This document shows positions 9,154 to 17,484 of a DNA stretch of 64,000 bases, one piece after another; position 1 is the first letter of the stretch; every line of letters begins with the position of its first letter. The position numbers and the translations under genes were made by a program. This DNA comes from a virus: positions 1 through 64,000 of the IMG/VR virus record IMGVR_UViG_3300035183_000841. The stretch is one strand, 5' to 3'. The notes beneath the pieces are model-generated. The model was not told the DNA's origin, ran no database searches, and saw nothing but the letters and a program-made list of their open reading frames with translations.

Positions 9154-9333
9154 ATGTTCATCGTCAACGTCCCCATGACACTCGGCGGGAAGCGTGTCTC
9201 GCGGCGACTCGCCGAGCAGGCCGCAGTCGAGCACGTCAAGCGGGAGAAGCGAGTGCTCACTCGGGTCGTCGGGGTCGTCCCGTCGGCCCAGAGTGGGACG
9301 TTCCAGGTCGTCTTGCAGAAGGTCCGACTCTGA
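9154..9333 (+). CDS. Small hypothetical protein
   Basis: SD AAAGGAG. Confidence 0.6.
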   Translation: MFIVNVPMTLGGKRVSRRLAEQAAVEHVKREKRVLTRVVGVVPSAQSGTFQVVLQKVRL

Positions 9334-9467
9334 ATTCGGGTTTGTCGGCACTCCACCCCCGCTAAATCCCCGTCCGCCGGAGTGCCGACTCGCGGAGAGT
9401 CGGAGTGCGCCGCCGCCACCCCCGAGCGCGCTCCGACTCTCCGCCTTCCCCCAGGAAAGGAGGAGTG

Positions 9468-9743
9468 ATGAACCTGCCCCCAGGCGTGGGAGTGTTCGAC
9501 ATCCCCGGTAACCGACCCGAGGATGAGGTTTGGGAACTCTTCATCGAAGAGTTCTACAAGCGCTTCAAGGAGCAGTATCCCTCATCCTTCAAGAGGATGG
9601 AGTCGCTCCTCGACGACGACGAGTTCTTCGACGCGCTGGGCGACGCACTCATCATCGCCTACGAGATGGGCGAGAGTGCCGGCTTCTCGAGTGGCCGGCT
9701 CGAGGCAGAGTTGGATCGGTACTACGAGGAGGTGGAAGAGTGA
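9468..9743 (+). CDS. Highly acidic protein
   Basis: SD AGGAGG; D/E-rich. Confidence 0.65.
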   Translation: MNLPPGVGVFDIPGNRPEDEVWELFIEEFYKRFKEQYPSSFKRMESLLDDDEFFDALGDALIIAYEMGESAGFSSGRLEAELDRYYEEVEE

Positions 9744-9955
9744 AGGTAATCCTGACCACCGAGTCCGGCGAGCAGCTCATCCTCATCGAGCGACTCGCCC
9801 CGGAGGATTTCGAGTCGCCGGCGTCGGAGTGGCTGATGGCCCAGCTCCGAGAGGCGATCGCACTCCGGAAGTCGGTGGATGAGCAGTTCGACCGTCTGAA
9901 CGAGACCTTGTTCGACCGGGAACTCTCCTTCCCGGTCGAGGATTTCGAACTCTGA
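9740..9955 (+). CDS. Acidic hypothetical protein
   Basis: GTGA overlap. Confidence 0.6.
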   Translation: MKVILTTESGEQLILIERLAPEDFESPASEWLMAQLREAIALRKSVDEQFDRLNETLFDRELSFPVEDFEL

Positions 9956-10086
9956 GAAAGGAGGTGACTATGAGAACGCGACTCGGTGAGTTCATCATCA
10001 TCTGGTCGCTCGTGACCGCACTCTTCTGCGAGTGGGTCATCGCTCTCCGTATCGTCCGGTAAGAGCCCGAAAGGAGGGAGTTGCTT

Positions 10087-10500
10087 ATGGCAAAGTCGAG
10101 CACGAAGAAGTCGCAGCCGAAGAAGTCGCAGCCGAAGAAGTCGCAGCCGGCCAAGCCCAAGACCAAGGAGTCGCCGAAGAAGGAGTCGCCGGCCCGGAAG
10201 AGGAGTCCCCGTGGCCAGGGCGACGTGAGCCGTATCGACTCCGTCGTCACGGCTGTCCTCGAGGGGCGACTCGGGAGCGCCAGGGACGGCGTGAAGGCGG
10301 AGTTGCAGCTCAACGGCACTCCCAGGAGTGCCTGGTGGAACTGGCTCTGGTACCACCGTCAGCGCCAGACTCCGACCTACGCCGCGATGATTTACCGAGG
10401 GATGCCACTCGTGGAGGAGAGTGGCAAGGTCTTCCTCATCTGGAGTGGCGAGCAGGTCGCCGAGATGAGGAAGGCGTACAAGGCAGCGAAGAAGTCGTAA
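10087..10500 (+). CDS. Basic protein with histone-like (KKSQP)3 N-terminal tail
   Basis: 15-bp repeat AAGAAGTCGCAGCCG x3; SD AAAGGAGG. Confidence 0.7.
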   Translation: MAKSSTKKSQPKKSQPKKSQPAKPKTKESPKKESPARKRSPRGQGDVSRIDSVVTAVLEGRLGSARDGVKAELQLNGTPRSAWWNWLWYHRQRQTPTYAAMIYRGMPLVEESGKVFLIWSGEQVAEMRKAYKAAKKS

Positions 10501-10508
10501 CTCCATCC

Positions 10509-10540
10509 GTGGGGGAGTCGGGGCAACCCGACTCCCCCAC
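10509..10540 (+). terminator. Hairpin with GCAA tetraloop
   Basis: GTGGGGGAGTCGGG-GCAA-CCCGACTCCCCCAC. Confidence 0.65.
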
Positions 10541-10599
10541 CCGCTAAAGGAACCGGTCGGCAGAGTCCGACTCGCGGAGAGTCGGAAAGGAGCATTCGG

Positions 10600-11817
10600 A
10601 TGTACCGCTCTGTGAATCAGGAATATGAAGTCTACATCGCGGAGTCCGACGGCGACAATCGCCGGCGACTCGGCGACAAGCAGGTGTGGTGGTTACTGAC
10701 TCTCCTCAATCGCGAGGACGAGGACAGCTGGCTGTCACTTCCGGCATACCGGCCACTCATGAACGCCATCGCGGATCACAACTCCATGAGGGCGACCGGG
10801 TGCCGACCGGGGTGCCCACTCCCAGCGACGCACGTCGTCGTGCGCCGGCGCTGCGAGTGCCGGAAGGGCGACGTGCTGTTCCGACTCGTCCACGAGTCGG
10901 AGCTCAAGATGTCCCATCGACTCGTGGAAGAAATCGTGGACGGAGTCCGCGAAGCCTTCGAGGGGGGCGGGGCGGTCCTCATCACGAACTCCACGACATC
11001 GTACTACCCCGGCATCAGGAGTGTCGGCCGCGATGTCGATCCTCTGGAGATCGAAGTCGGGAAGCGGGCGGCGGAAGCGGTGAGGTACCCACTCTGGGTG
11101 TCCATCGCGAGGAACCTGCGTCGCGCTAGGGAGACCGGTCAGGCACTCCTCATGGAGAACCTCAGCGGCGGCGAAGTGTTGGATTACGTCACTCACAACG
11201 CCGCCTTCTGCGAGGGAGTGCCCGAGGAGGCCGACCGGCGGCTCGACCCGCAGGAGCACGAAGTCGCCGTCTTCGGAGTGCACGGCTGGTCCGTCTTCGA
11301 CACTCTGAACCCGACGCTCCGCATCGCGGTCTGGCTCTCGGAGTCGGCCACCTGGGCGAAGCAGGCGGCGGAAGGAAACTCCATCATCGGGCTCCGCTTC
11401 TGGAGTCTCGATTACGACGGGCCGGTCACTCTGAGGGGCTCGTTCGGAGCGGCTTGGACGAGTCCGCGTCTCACGGCGACGTGCGACAAGCTGCACTCCG
11501 CTCCGGACAGTGAGCACACCTGCGGCATCTACGCCATCCTCCGGGACGGGGTGCAGCCCGAACTCTCCTCGGCGGGTTTCTGGCGGTACGGGACTCCGAC
11601 GTTCGGACTCGTCTCCTGCTCCGGCAAGGTCATCGTCCACGAGCGGGGAGTCCGTAGCCGGCACGCCACGTGCCGACTCCTCATCGTGTCGGACGAGGAC
11701 AAGCGGCAACTCATCCTCGCCAACCTGCCGGCATGGCGGGAGACCCGAGTCCTCACCTACGACGAGGCACTTCGGGCCATCGAGGCGGGGCTGCCGGCGT
11801 CGGAACTCATGAAGTGA
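10600..11817 (+). CDS. Protein with C-terminal G.R.W...CG.YA...G.V..H..G.R domain (paralog of 16470-17171)
   Basis: IGLRFW, CDKLHSAP..HTCGIYA, FGLVSCSGKVIVHERGVRSRHA. Confidence 0.75.
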   Translation: MYRSVNQEYEVYIAESDGDNRRRLGDKQVWWLLTLLNREDEDSWLSLPAYRPLMNAIADHNSMRATGCRPGCPLPATHVVVRRRCECRKGDVLFRLVHESELKMSHRLVEEIVDGVREAFEGGGAVLITNSTTSYYPGIRSVGRDVDPLEIEVGKRAAEAVRYPLWVSIARNLRRARETGQALLMENLSGGEVLDYVTHNAAFCEGVPEEADRRLDPQEHEVAVFGVHGWSVFDTLNPTLRIAVWLSESATWAKQAAEGNSIIGLRFWSLDYDGPVTLRGSFGAAWTSPRLTATCDKLHSAPDSEHTCGIYAILRDGVQPELSSAGFWRYGTPTFGLVSCSGKVIVHERGVRSRHATCRLLIVSDEDKRQLILANLPAWRETRVLTYDEALRAIEAGLPASELMK

Positions 11818-11914
11818 GGAAGGGGCGCGGATGAATGTTCCTTCCTCCTGAAGAACCCATACTCCAGTACCTAGAGTGTCGGTATCCAGAAGTCCGAAAG
11901 GGGGCGCTGAAAAG

Positions 11915-12181
11915 ATGTTCCAAGATCGTATCAAAACACTCTCCTGCGGATGCAACTACGACACCCTCACAGGAGCCTGTACCGCACAGTGCCGGTACCA
12001 CCGCATCTCCGAGGCGGTGAGACTCTTGAACGAGGTGCTCCGGGAGATGGACGAGGAGGCGGGAGAGTCTGCGGCTGAAGAGTTGGATCTTCCAGAGTAC
12101 GACGACATCTGTGACGAGTGCGGACACCCGCATCTCGAGGGCACCCCATGCCCCATCTGCCACATGGACTCGGACTTCTGA
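11915..12181 (+). CDS. Cys-rich Zn-binding protein
   Basis: CGC..C...C..H; CDEC..H..CPIC. Confidence 0.6.
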   Translation: MFQDRIKTLSCGCNYDTLTGACTAQCRYHRISEAVRLLNEVLREMDEEAGESAAEELDLPEYDDICDECGHPHLEGTPCPICHMDSDF

Positions 12182-12435
12182 GTCGGAGCATCTAGGGGGA
12201 CTCCCGGATATCGACCCGGAACGGACTCTAGGAAGGGGGGGACGGAGGGCCTAACCCCACTCTACCGCCCAGACTCACTAAACCTAACTCCCTACGAGTG
12301 TGAAAACCATTAGCCCCACTCTTGAGGCTAACGAGTGAACATCCGCCCTGAGCCATCCCGCCCGGAGCCGGCGGCCACTCAAACCGGGCGACTCTGAGTG
12401 CCGACTCCGCAGGGGCGCGACTCAAAGGAGGAATC

Positions 12436-12669
12436 ATGCCTGTCAATCGGTACCACATCACCTTCGAGTTCGAGGTCACCATCCCGGCCAACCGACTCCG
12501 CGACCTCGCCGACTTCGGCGAAGACCCGGAGACTCGGTTCCTGGAGGAGTTGGAGGAGTACCTGACCATCCGCGACTTCGAGAAGGTCGTGGAGTCGTAC
12601 CTCCAGGACTACGTGGCCTACGACATCAAGGTTGGGGGAGGTGGAGTGAAGAAGATCAAGAAGATGTGA
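12436..12669 (+). CDS. Hypothetical protein
   Basis: SD AAAGGAGG. Confidence 0.65.
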   Translation: MPVNRYHITFEFEVTIPANRLRDLADFGEDPETRFLEELEEYLTIRDFEKVVESYLQDYVAYDIKVGGGGVKKIKKM

Positions 12670-12732
12670 CTTCGTACCCTTGCCGGCATTGTCACTCTGA
12701 ACACGTCCCTGCTACAAGAAAGGAGACTCGAC

Positions 12733-12930
12733 ATGGGAGTGTACAACCCCGACGGCTCCTGGGAGCCACTCGCCCCTGAGGAGAAGTTCATATTCCGCCC
12801 ACTCTCGCCTGAGGAGGTTCTCGAGTTCCGCAAGTACGCACTCGAGAACGATCCGCCGGCCGACACTCCGGTCAGCATCCTGCATCCCGTCTGCGTGGAC
12901 ATCTGGAGGATGCGGGGAGTGCTGAAGTAG
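12733..12930 (+). CDS. Hypothetical phage protein (FRPLS.EE..EFRKYA...HPV)
   Basis: SD AAAGGAG. Confidence 0.65.
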   Translation: MGVYNPDGSWEPLAPEEKFIFRPLSPEEVLEFRKYALENDPPADTPVSILHPVCVDIWRMRGVLK

Positions 12931-13275
12931 AACTCTCAAACCCTGAAGTTGAGATGAAGGTCATCCTCCAGCCGTCCTTCAGACTCATCAAGAAGGAGTC
13001 CAGGAAGGAGGCAGTCAAGAAGGCGCACAGAGAGTTCCGCCGGCAGATCCGGGCGGAGAAGACCCTGAAGTTCCGGTAGCCCACTGCGAGTGACGTTGCC
13101 GGCCGGGGGGAGTCGGGCCGCGTGAGTCGCCGGCCGGCTCCCCCCCTGGGCGGGCCGTGTGAGGTCGCCGCCGGCTCCCGCTCGGTCGCCCCCCGGTCGG
13201 CCGCTCGCAGTCGGGCACTCACAGTGGCGCACTCAAGAGTCGGACTCGTAGAGTCCGACTCCGGGAAGGAGTGAC

Positions 13276-13416
13276 ATGGCAAAGGCACAGCGTAAGGCAC
13301 TGAAGAAGTTGGCTATCCGGGTCCACGGTGGGGACGGACTCCACCGAGAGTCCGGGTGCGGCTGCGCAGTCTGGGCGAAGCAGGGCTACCGCAAGCCCGG
13401 CAGCCTCAAGAAGTGA
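13276..13416 (+). CDS. 46-aa basic His/Cys peptide, paralog 2
   Basis: HGGDGLHR..CGC..W.KQGYRKPGSLKK. Confidence 0.75.
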   Translation: MAKAQRKALKKLAIRVHGGDGLHRESGCGCAVWAKQGYRKPGSLKK

Positions 13417-13799
13417 ACGACCCTGACTCTGGGGCCCGACTCGGTCGCGGTCGGGCCCCAGGGTCGCGCTCCAGACTCTGAGTCCCCCACTCAAAGTCGG
13501 GACGTATAAAGTCCCGACTCTGGCCGGCTGCGCCGGCGACTCCACACTCAAAGTCGCCTCGTATAAAGTCCGACTCCAAAGGGCACTTCGAAGTCGCGAC
13601 TCTGAGGCGGCGACTCTCTGGACGGCGGCGCTTCAAGATCAGAACCTCACTTCGAAGTGAGATCCACCTCACTTCTTGGAGTCCTTCACTATAAGGGCCA
13701 ACTCCAGAGTGGCCGACTCTGCTGGAGTCGGACTCCGAAGAGTCAACTGCCCCACTGGACCAGTCCTAGTTGGAGTCTACCGAGTCACTGGTGGTTGTC

Positions 13800-13824
13800 G
13801 GATCCGTGACGTAGGTGGTACAAT
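13800..13824 (+). promoter_or_regulatory. Repeated promoter-like element
   Basis: GGATCCGTGACGTAGGTGGTACAAT; near copy at 15653 (GGATCCATGACGTAGATGGTACAA); extended -10 TGGTACAAT. Confidence 0.55.
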
Positions 13825-13860
13825 CCCGTCACGATGGACGGTAGGCACGGGAGGAAGGGG

Positions 13861-14031
13861 GTGAGTCGCATGGTCTACGTCATCGTGCCGGCAGCATCCG
13901 AGACGGCGGAGTCGGTCACTCTGACGGCGGCGCTGCTCTGGGCGGCCAGCCGCGTCCTCGAGGGGCACTCCATCCGGATCCACACTCCGGACGAGGGGGT
14001 CGTGGAGTTCCTCGAGGAGGACGAGGAGTAA
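13861..14031 (+). CDS. Small hypothetical protein
   Basis: SD, followed by hairpin at about 14043-14079. Confidence 0.55.
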   Translation: MSRMVYVIVPAASETAESVTLTAALLWAASRVLEGHSIRIHTPDEGVVEFLEEDEE

Positions 14032-14432
14032 GCGACTCCACGGAGAGGGGCCGGCGACTCTGTCGCCGGCCCTTTCTCTGTGCCCTCGTGGATCGGCACT
14101 CTCACTCTGGCAGAAGTCGGCCACTCACAGTCGCGCACTATAAAGTCCGCGCTATAAAGTCCCGACTCTGCAGGATTTCCCCACTATAAGTGCCCACTCA
14201 AGAGTGGCCGACTCTGCTACCGACCCAGAGGGAGTCGCACTCCAGAGTCGGCCACTCCCACTCTGGTGTCAGAGTCAGCACTTTCTTGCGCCGGCCGGTG
14301 GCCGACTCAGATCTGGGCGACTCCGAGTGCCCACTCTGGGCGACGCACTCTGAGTGCCGCACTCGGAAGTCGGCACTGCCGAGTGGGCAAAAGAGAAGGC
14401 CGGCCCCTGAGTCGGGACCGGCCTTCCTCCCC

Positions 14433-14633
14433 CTACTTCTCGATGCCGACCCACCACACAGTGTGGTGGTCGATCACTTCGGCCACGTGAGTGGCCTCGG
14501 GGTCGATGCAGTAGCACCGACTCCCGTCGATGTCCTGGAGGCACGACCACGTGCCCCAGGACGCCGCGAGTCCCGCTTCCCAGATGGACTCCTCGGCTTC
14601 GTCGTGGTTCGTGAATCGGTAGGTGTTCTTCAT
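14433..14633 (-). CDS. Hypothetical protein (MKNTYRF...)
   Basis: SD GGAGGAG; start re-called. Confidence 0.6.
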   Translation of the reverse strand: MKNTYRFTNHDEAEESIWEAGLAASWGTWSCLQDIDGSRCYCIDPEATHVAEVIDHHTVWWVGIEK

Positions 14634-14644
14634 CTCACTCCTCC

Positions 14645-14950
14645 CTACTTCGCGTCCGCGATCCGGGCGCGGAGTTCCTTGACGAGCGCCCTCACGCTCG
14701 TCGGATCGAACTCCACCTCGAGGAGTCCGTCCGATGCCTCCCGCTCCTTCCAGCGCCGGACCGCACTCAGGTCCTCCAGATCGTCCTTGTTCGGCCACCG
14801 GAGGATGATGCATCCGTCGGTCTCGAGTCCGTACCCCATACGGAGCATCATGGCGGCGAACATCGCCGCCGTCTTGGAGTCGGCCTCCTCGACCACGTGG
14901 TCCGTGCCGGCCACGGACGGGAAGGCGAGGACAAGATCCTCCATTCTCAC
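14645..14950 (-). CDS. Hypothetical protein
   Basis: SD AAGGAGGTG. Confidence 0.65.
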   Translation of the reverse strand: MRMEDLVLAFPSVAGTDHVVEEADSKTAAMFAAMMLRMGYGLETDGCIILRWPNKDDLEDLSAVRRWKEREASDGLLEVEFDPTSVRALVKELRARIADAK

Positions 14951-15015
14951 TCACCTCCTTCCTCCTACTCGAACCTTCCGCTAGGCTCCCTCCCGCCGGA
15001 TCTCACTCTAGGGGC

Positions 15016-15234
15016 TTATCGGTCCACGTAGGCTCGCCGCACGTCCACCACCATGCGTGCGGCTCCTGCGGTGCCTTCCGACTCCAGGCACGCTTCGCAG
15101 ATCTGGTTGAGTCCGATCATCCCCTCGTGCGCCCATGCGCAGGATTGCAGGTGGCCGCACTCCAGCTCGACGGCCAGCGCCCAGAAGAGTCGCCGGCGGT
15201 TCCTCACGTGCTCGGGAATCCTCAGAGTCCGCAT
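15016..15234 (-). CDS. Zn-finger protein (LECGH...CEAC)
   Basis: SD GGAGG. Confidence 0.6.
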   Translation of the reverse strand: MRTLRIPEHVRNRRRLFWALAVELECGHLQSCAWAHEGMIGLNQICEACLESEGTAGAARMVVDVRRAYVDR

Positions 15235-15323
15235 GATTCCTCCTCCCTCGGCGGGAGGGAGTCTGGCGGAGGGCTCAAGTAGAGTCTCTATGATGTTCTC
15301 AAGGTACCGTACTACCGTGCCGT

Positions 15324-15352
15324 ATCGTACCGCGATTGCTCGAGCCTAGCAA
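15324..15352 (-). promoter_or_regulatory. SigA-type leftward promoter
   Basis: TTGCTA-N17-TACGAT on the minus strand. Confidence 0.6.
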
Positions 15353-15371
15353 GTATCGTCTTGACGCAACA

Positions 15372-15387
15372 CCGAACGTATGTTCGA
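15372..15387 (-). promoter_or_regulatory. LexA/SOS-type box
   Basis: TCGAAC-ATAC-GTTCGG on the minus strand. Confidence 0.65.
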
Positions 15388-15577
15388 GCCTCAGGATCGG
15401 ACGGGTTCCAGACTCCAAGCCCGGCGGCGGGTGAGTGAGGAAAGGGCGCGGCATGATCTTCACTCATGAGTCGAAGTACCTTCCCGACTCTACTATAAGT
15501 CCCGTCGTATAAAGTCCCGACTCCATTGGAGTCGCACTCTGCCGGAATGTTTGGCCTCGGGGTCAACGTTGGGTCGG

Positions 15578-15608
15578 GAGCTCAACGTTGAGCTCGGCGC
15601 TCAAGGTT
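15578..15608. repeat. 18-bp palindrome plus left copy of 25-bp direct repeat
   Basis: GAGCTCAACGTTGAGCTC; AACGTTGAGCTCG-N3-CTCAAGGTT. Confidence 0.75.
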
Positions 15609-15760
15609 TCGGATCGTCGTGGGGGCGCGCCCGGATCGTCGTGGGGGTTGTCGGATCCATGACGTAGATGGTACAAGGCGCGCCCGGCCACATAGCAAGC
15701 GCCCCGGCCACGTGGCCGGGGCGCTGATGCTATGGCCGAACGGGCGCTCTATCCCTATCC

Positions 15761-16219
15761 CTACTTGTTCGCCTTGAGGGCGCGCTTGTGCTCGGCCACG
15801 GCCTCACGGATGAGGGCGCGGTCGGCCACGATGTAGCAACGCCCGTTGGCCTCGATGATGGGCGCCCGCAGCATGAGCACCCATCCGATGCGCTGGTACA
15901 GGTCGGCGCTGTGCGCCGAGCCCTCCGGCCTCAATCGGTTTGTGATGAGGCAATTGAACACCTTCCCGATTGAGGGACCGTGGCCGCCTTCCGGGCGCAG
16001 CGGGAGGTCGGCTTCGATGCGCACGGCCACGTTGTCCGTGCGCTCCTCCGAGGCCGCGCTGTAGCCACGCGGCCACAAGATAGCGCCCCACAGCGCCCGC
16101 GAGGGCGCGTGAGCGCCCGAGGCCGCGGCCTCGGCCGCGGCCTCAAGCGCGGCCACGATGGCCGCTGTAGCGTTGCTCGGGCGCGAGGCCGCCCGAGCGC
16201 GCGCGTTGCGCTTACTCAT
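15761..16219 (-). CDS. Ala/Arg-rich hypothetical protein in a standalone GC-rich cassette
   Basis: SD GAGGAG; own promoter; hairpin at about 15700-15725 downstream. Confidence 0.65.
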   Translation of the reverse strand: MSKRNARARAASRPSNATAAIVAALEAAAEAAASGAHAPSRALWGAILWPRGYSAASEERTDNVAVRIEADLPLRPEGGHGPSIGKVFNCLITNRLRPEGSAHSADLYQRIGWVLMLRAPIIEANGRCYIVADRALIREAVAEHKRALKANK

Positions 16220-16259
16220 GATGGCTCCTCTCTGCGCCCGTTCGACCATAGCACCGTGG

Positions 16260-16288
16260 ACGATACCATCTTCGGGCGCGCCCGTCAA
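16260..16288 (-). promoter_or_regulatory. SigA-type promoter
   Basis: TTGACG-N17-TATCGT with TG extension. Confidence 0.65.
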
Positions 16289-16317
16289 CATCTTACTCTA
16301 CCATAAGACTGGGGCTT

Positions 16318-16342
16318 AACGTTGAGCTCGAGTCTCAAGGTT
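16318..16342. repeat. Right copy of 25-bp direct repeat
   Basis: AACGTTGAGCTCG-AGT-CTCAAGGTT. Confidence 0.75.
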
Positions 16343-16469
16343 AGGGCATGAGTGCGACACCGTGGGGGCGCAGGCCCCGGGGGCGCGGGGCCACCCATCT
16401 CCGACGGCCACTAAAATTCCGCCCGGAAACATCTCCGGAGGCAAGCCGCATCTCCGACAGCCACTTGCC

Positions 16470-17171
16470 TCATGAGACATCCAGGATGTGGAACCTCACT
16501 CCGGGGTACGCGGAGATGTCGATGTTACCCGTCGCGACCGAAGGGATGAACACCTCACGTACCTTCGCGTACTCCGCTCGGTACCCGTAGGTATGCTCGA
16601 AAACCTTGCCGTGCAAGGTGATCACGCCGATGGCGTGGAGCCCTCCCCTCGGAAGCCCGTTAACCGCACCGGGTTTCCAGGCGTAGAACCCGCACCGGGC
16701 ATGGCGGGCGCACCCGGAGGAGAGCCGCATACCTCCGGACTTCATGAACGCCATGGGGTTCACGCACCGCGATGGGCCGACCTCCTCTTCCCAGGAGAAA
16801 TCCACCACCCAGGAGCGCAACCTCCGATCCTGGTTGGCATCGACCGACCAGAGCCTAACGCCGACGAGTCCTTGGTCGGCCCAGTCCCTCGCCGCGTTGA
16901 TCGCCCCAGCGACCATGAGCGTGGTGAACTGGCACTCATGCCCCCGATGGCCCGTCGTCGAACGGTCGAGGAACGAACAGTTGCAGACGTTCACCCCTTC
17001 GGCGTACCGGGCATCGCCGACCCATCCGATGTCGTACCCCTCTTCCCTGCGGTCGATGATGAGCCCTACGTGCATCCGGTGGAGCCGTTGGAGCGCCACG
17101 GTTATCGCCTCGGTGGTGAGCATCGCTCCGTGGCTCGAATAGTAGACGACCGGCACGGCGTTAGACCTCAT
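16470..17171 (-). CDS. Protein with G.R.W...CG.YA...G.V.EH..G.RA domain (paralog of 10600-11817)
   Basis: VGVRLW, CGFYAW, IGVITLHGKVFEHTYGYRAEYA. Confidence 0.75.
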   Translation of the reverse strand: MRSNAVPVVYYSSHGAMLTTEAITVALQRLHRMHVGLIIDRREEGYDIGWVGDARYAEGVNVCNCSFLDRSTTGHRGHECQFTTLMVAGAINAARDWADQGLVGVRLWSVDANQDRRLRSWVVDFSWEEEVGPSRCVNPMAFMKSGGMRLSSGCARHARCGFYAWKPGAVNGLPRGGLHAIGVITLHGKVFEHTYGYRAEYAKVREVFIPSVATGNIDISAYPGVRFHILDVS

Positions 17172-17469
17172 CGGACATCGGGAGCTCGAAATACCCTTTG
17201 CGCACCATGAGTGCGATGATGGCGTATCCCGCCATGTCGAGCCAACTATCGTCGAGTCCTTCGTTCACGGGGGCGTTGCCCCGTTCGATGAGGTTCTTGA
17301 TCCTGGCGAACTTGTCCCATATCCGCACCAGGAGCGCCCTCTCAGGGCCGAACGGCGAATGCAAGATGTTGTACGGGCCGTAGTCGTGTTGCTTCCTCAC
17401 GACCGTATCGCGGATCTCTTTGACCACGGCATCGATGGCCTCCTCGAAGGAGGATGGAGATCTCTTCAT
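17161..17469 (-). CDS. Nucleotide modification-associated domain 1 (DUF1599-like, all-alpha NTP-PPase fold)
   Basis: KQHDYG..N, VRIWDKFARIKNL, E.LDDSWLDMAGYAII. Confidence 0.8.
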   Translation of the reverse strand: MKRSPSSFEEAIDAVVKEIRDTVVRKQHDYGPYNILHSPFGPERALLVRIWDKFARIKNLIERGNAPVNEGLDDSWLDMAGYAIIALMVRKGYFELPMSDEV

Positions 17470-17484
17470 TGAAAATTCAACTCC

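Larger units (their letters stand above)
6660..15550. repeat. Domain saturated with dispersed GAGT/ACTC (mostly GAGTC/GAGTG) motifs
   Basis: Hand count 18 GAGT/ACTC in 14161-14400, about 2 expected at random; also frequent inside ORFs. Confidence 0.85.

Noticed and set aside
10735-11955. 406-aa minus-strand ORF
   Set aside because: Antisense shadow of 10600-11817 in GC-rich DNA
13420-14430. Possible CRISPR-like array
   Set aside because: Short motifs at irregular spacing with no constant repeat-spacer period
14190-14984. 264-aa plus-strand ORF
   Set aside because: Spans motif-rich non-coding DNA and is antisense to SD-backed minus-strand genes
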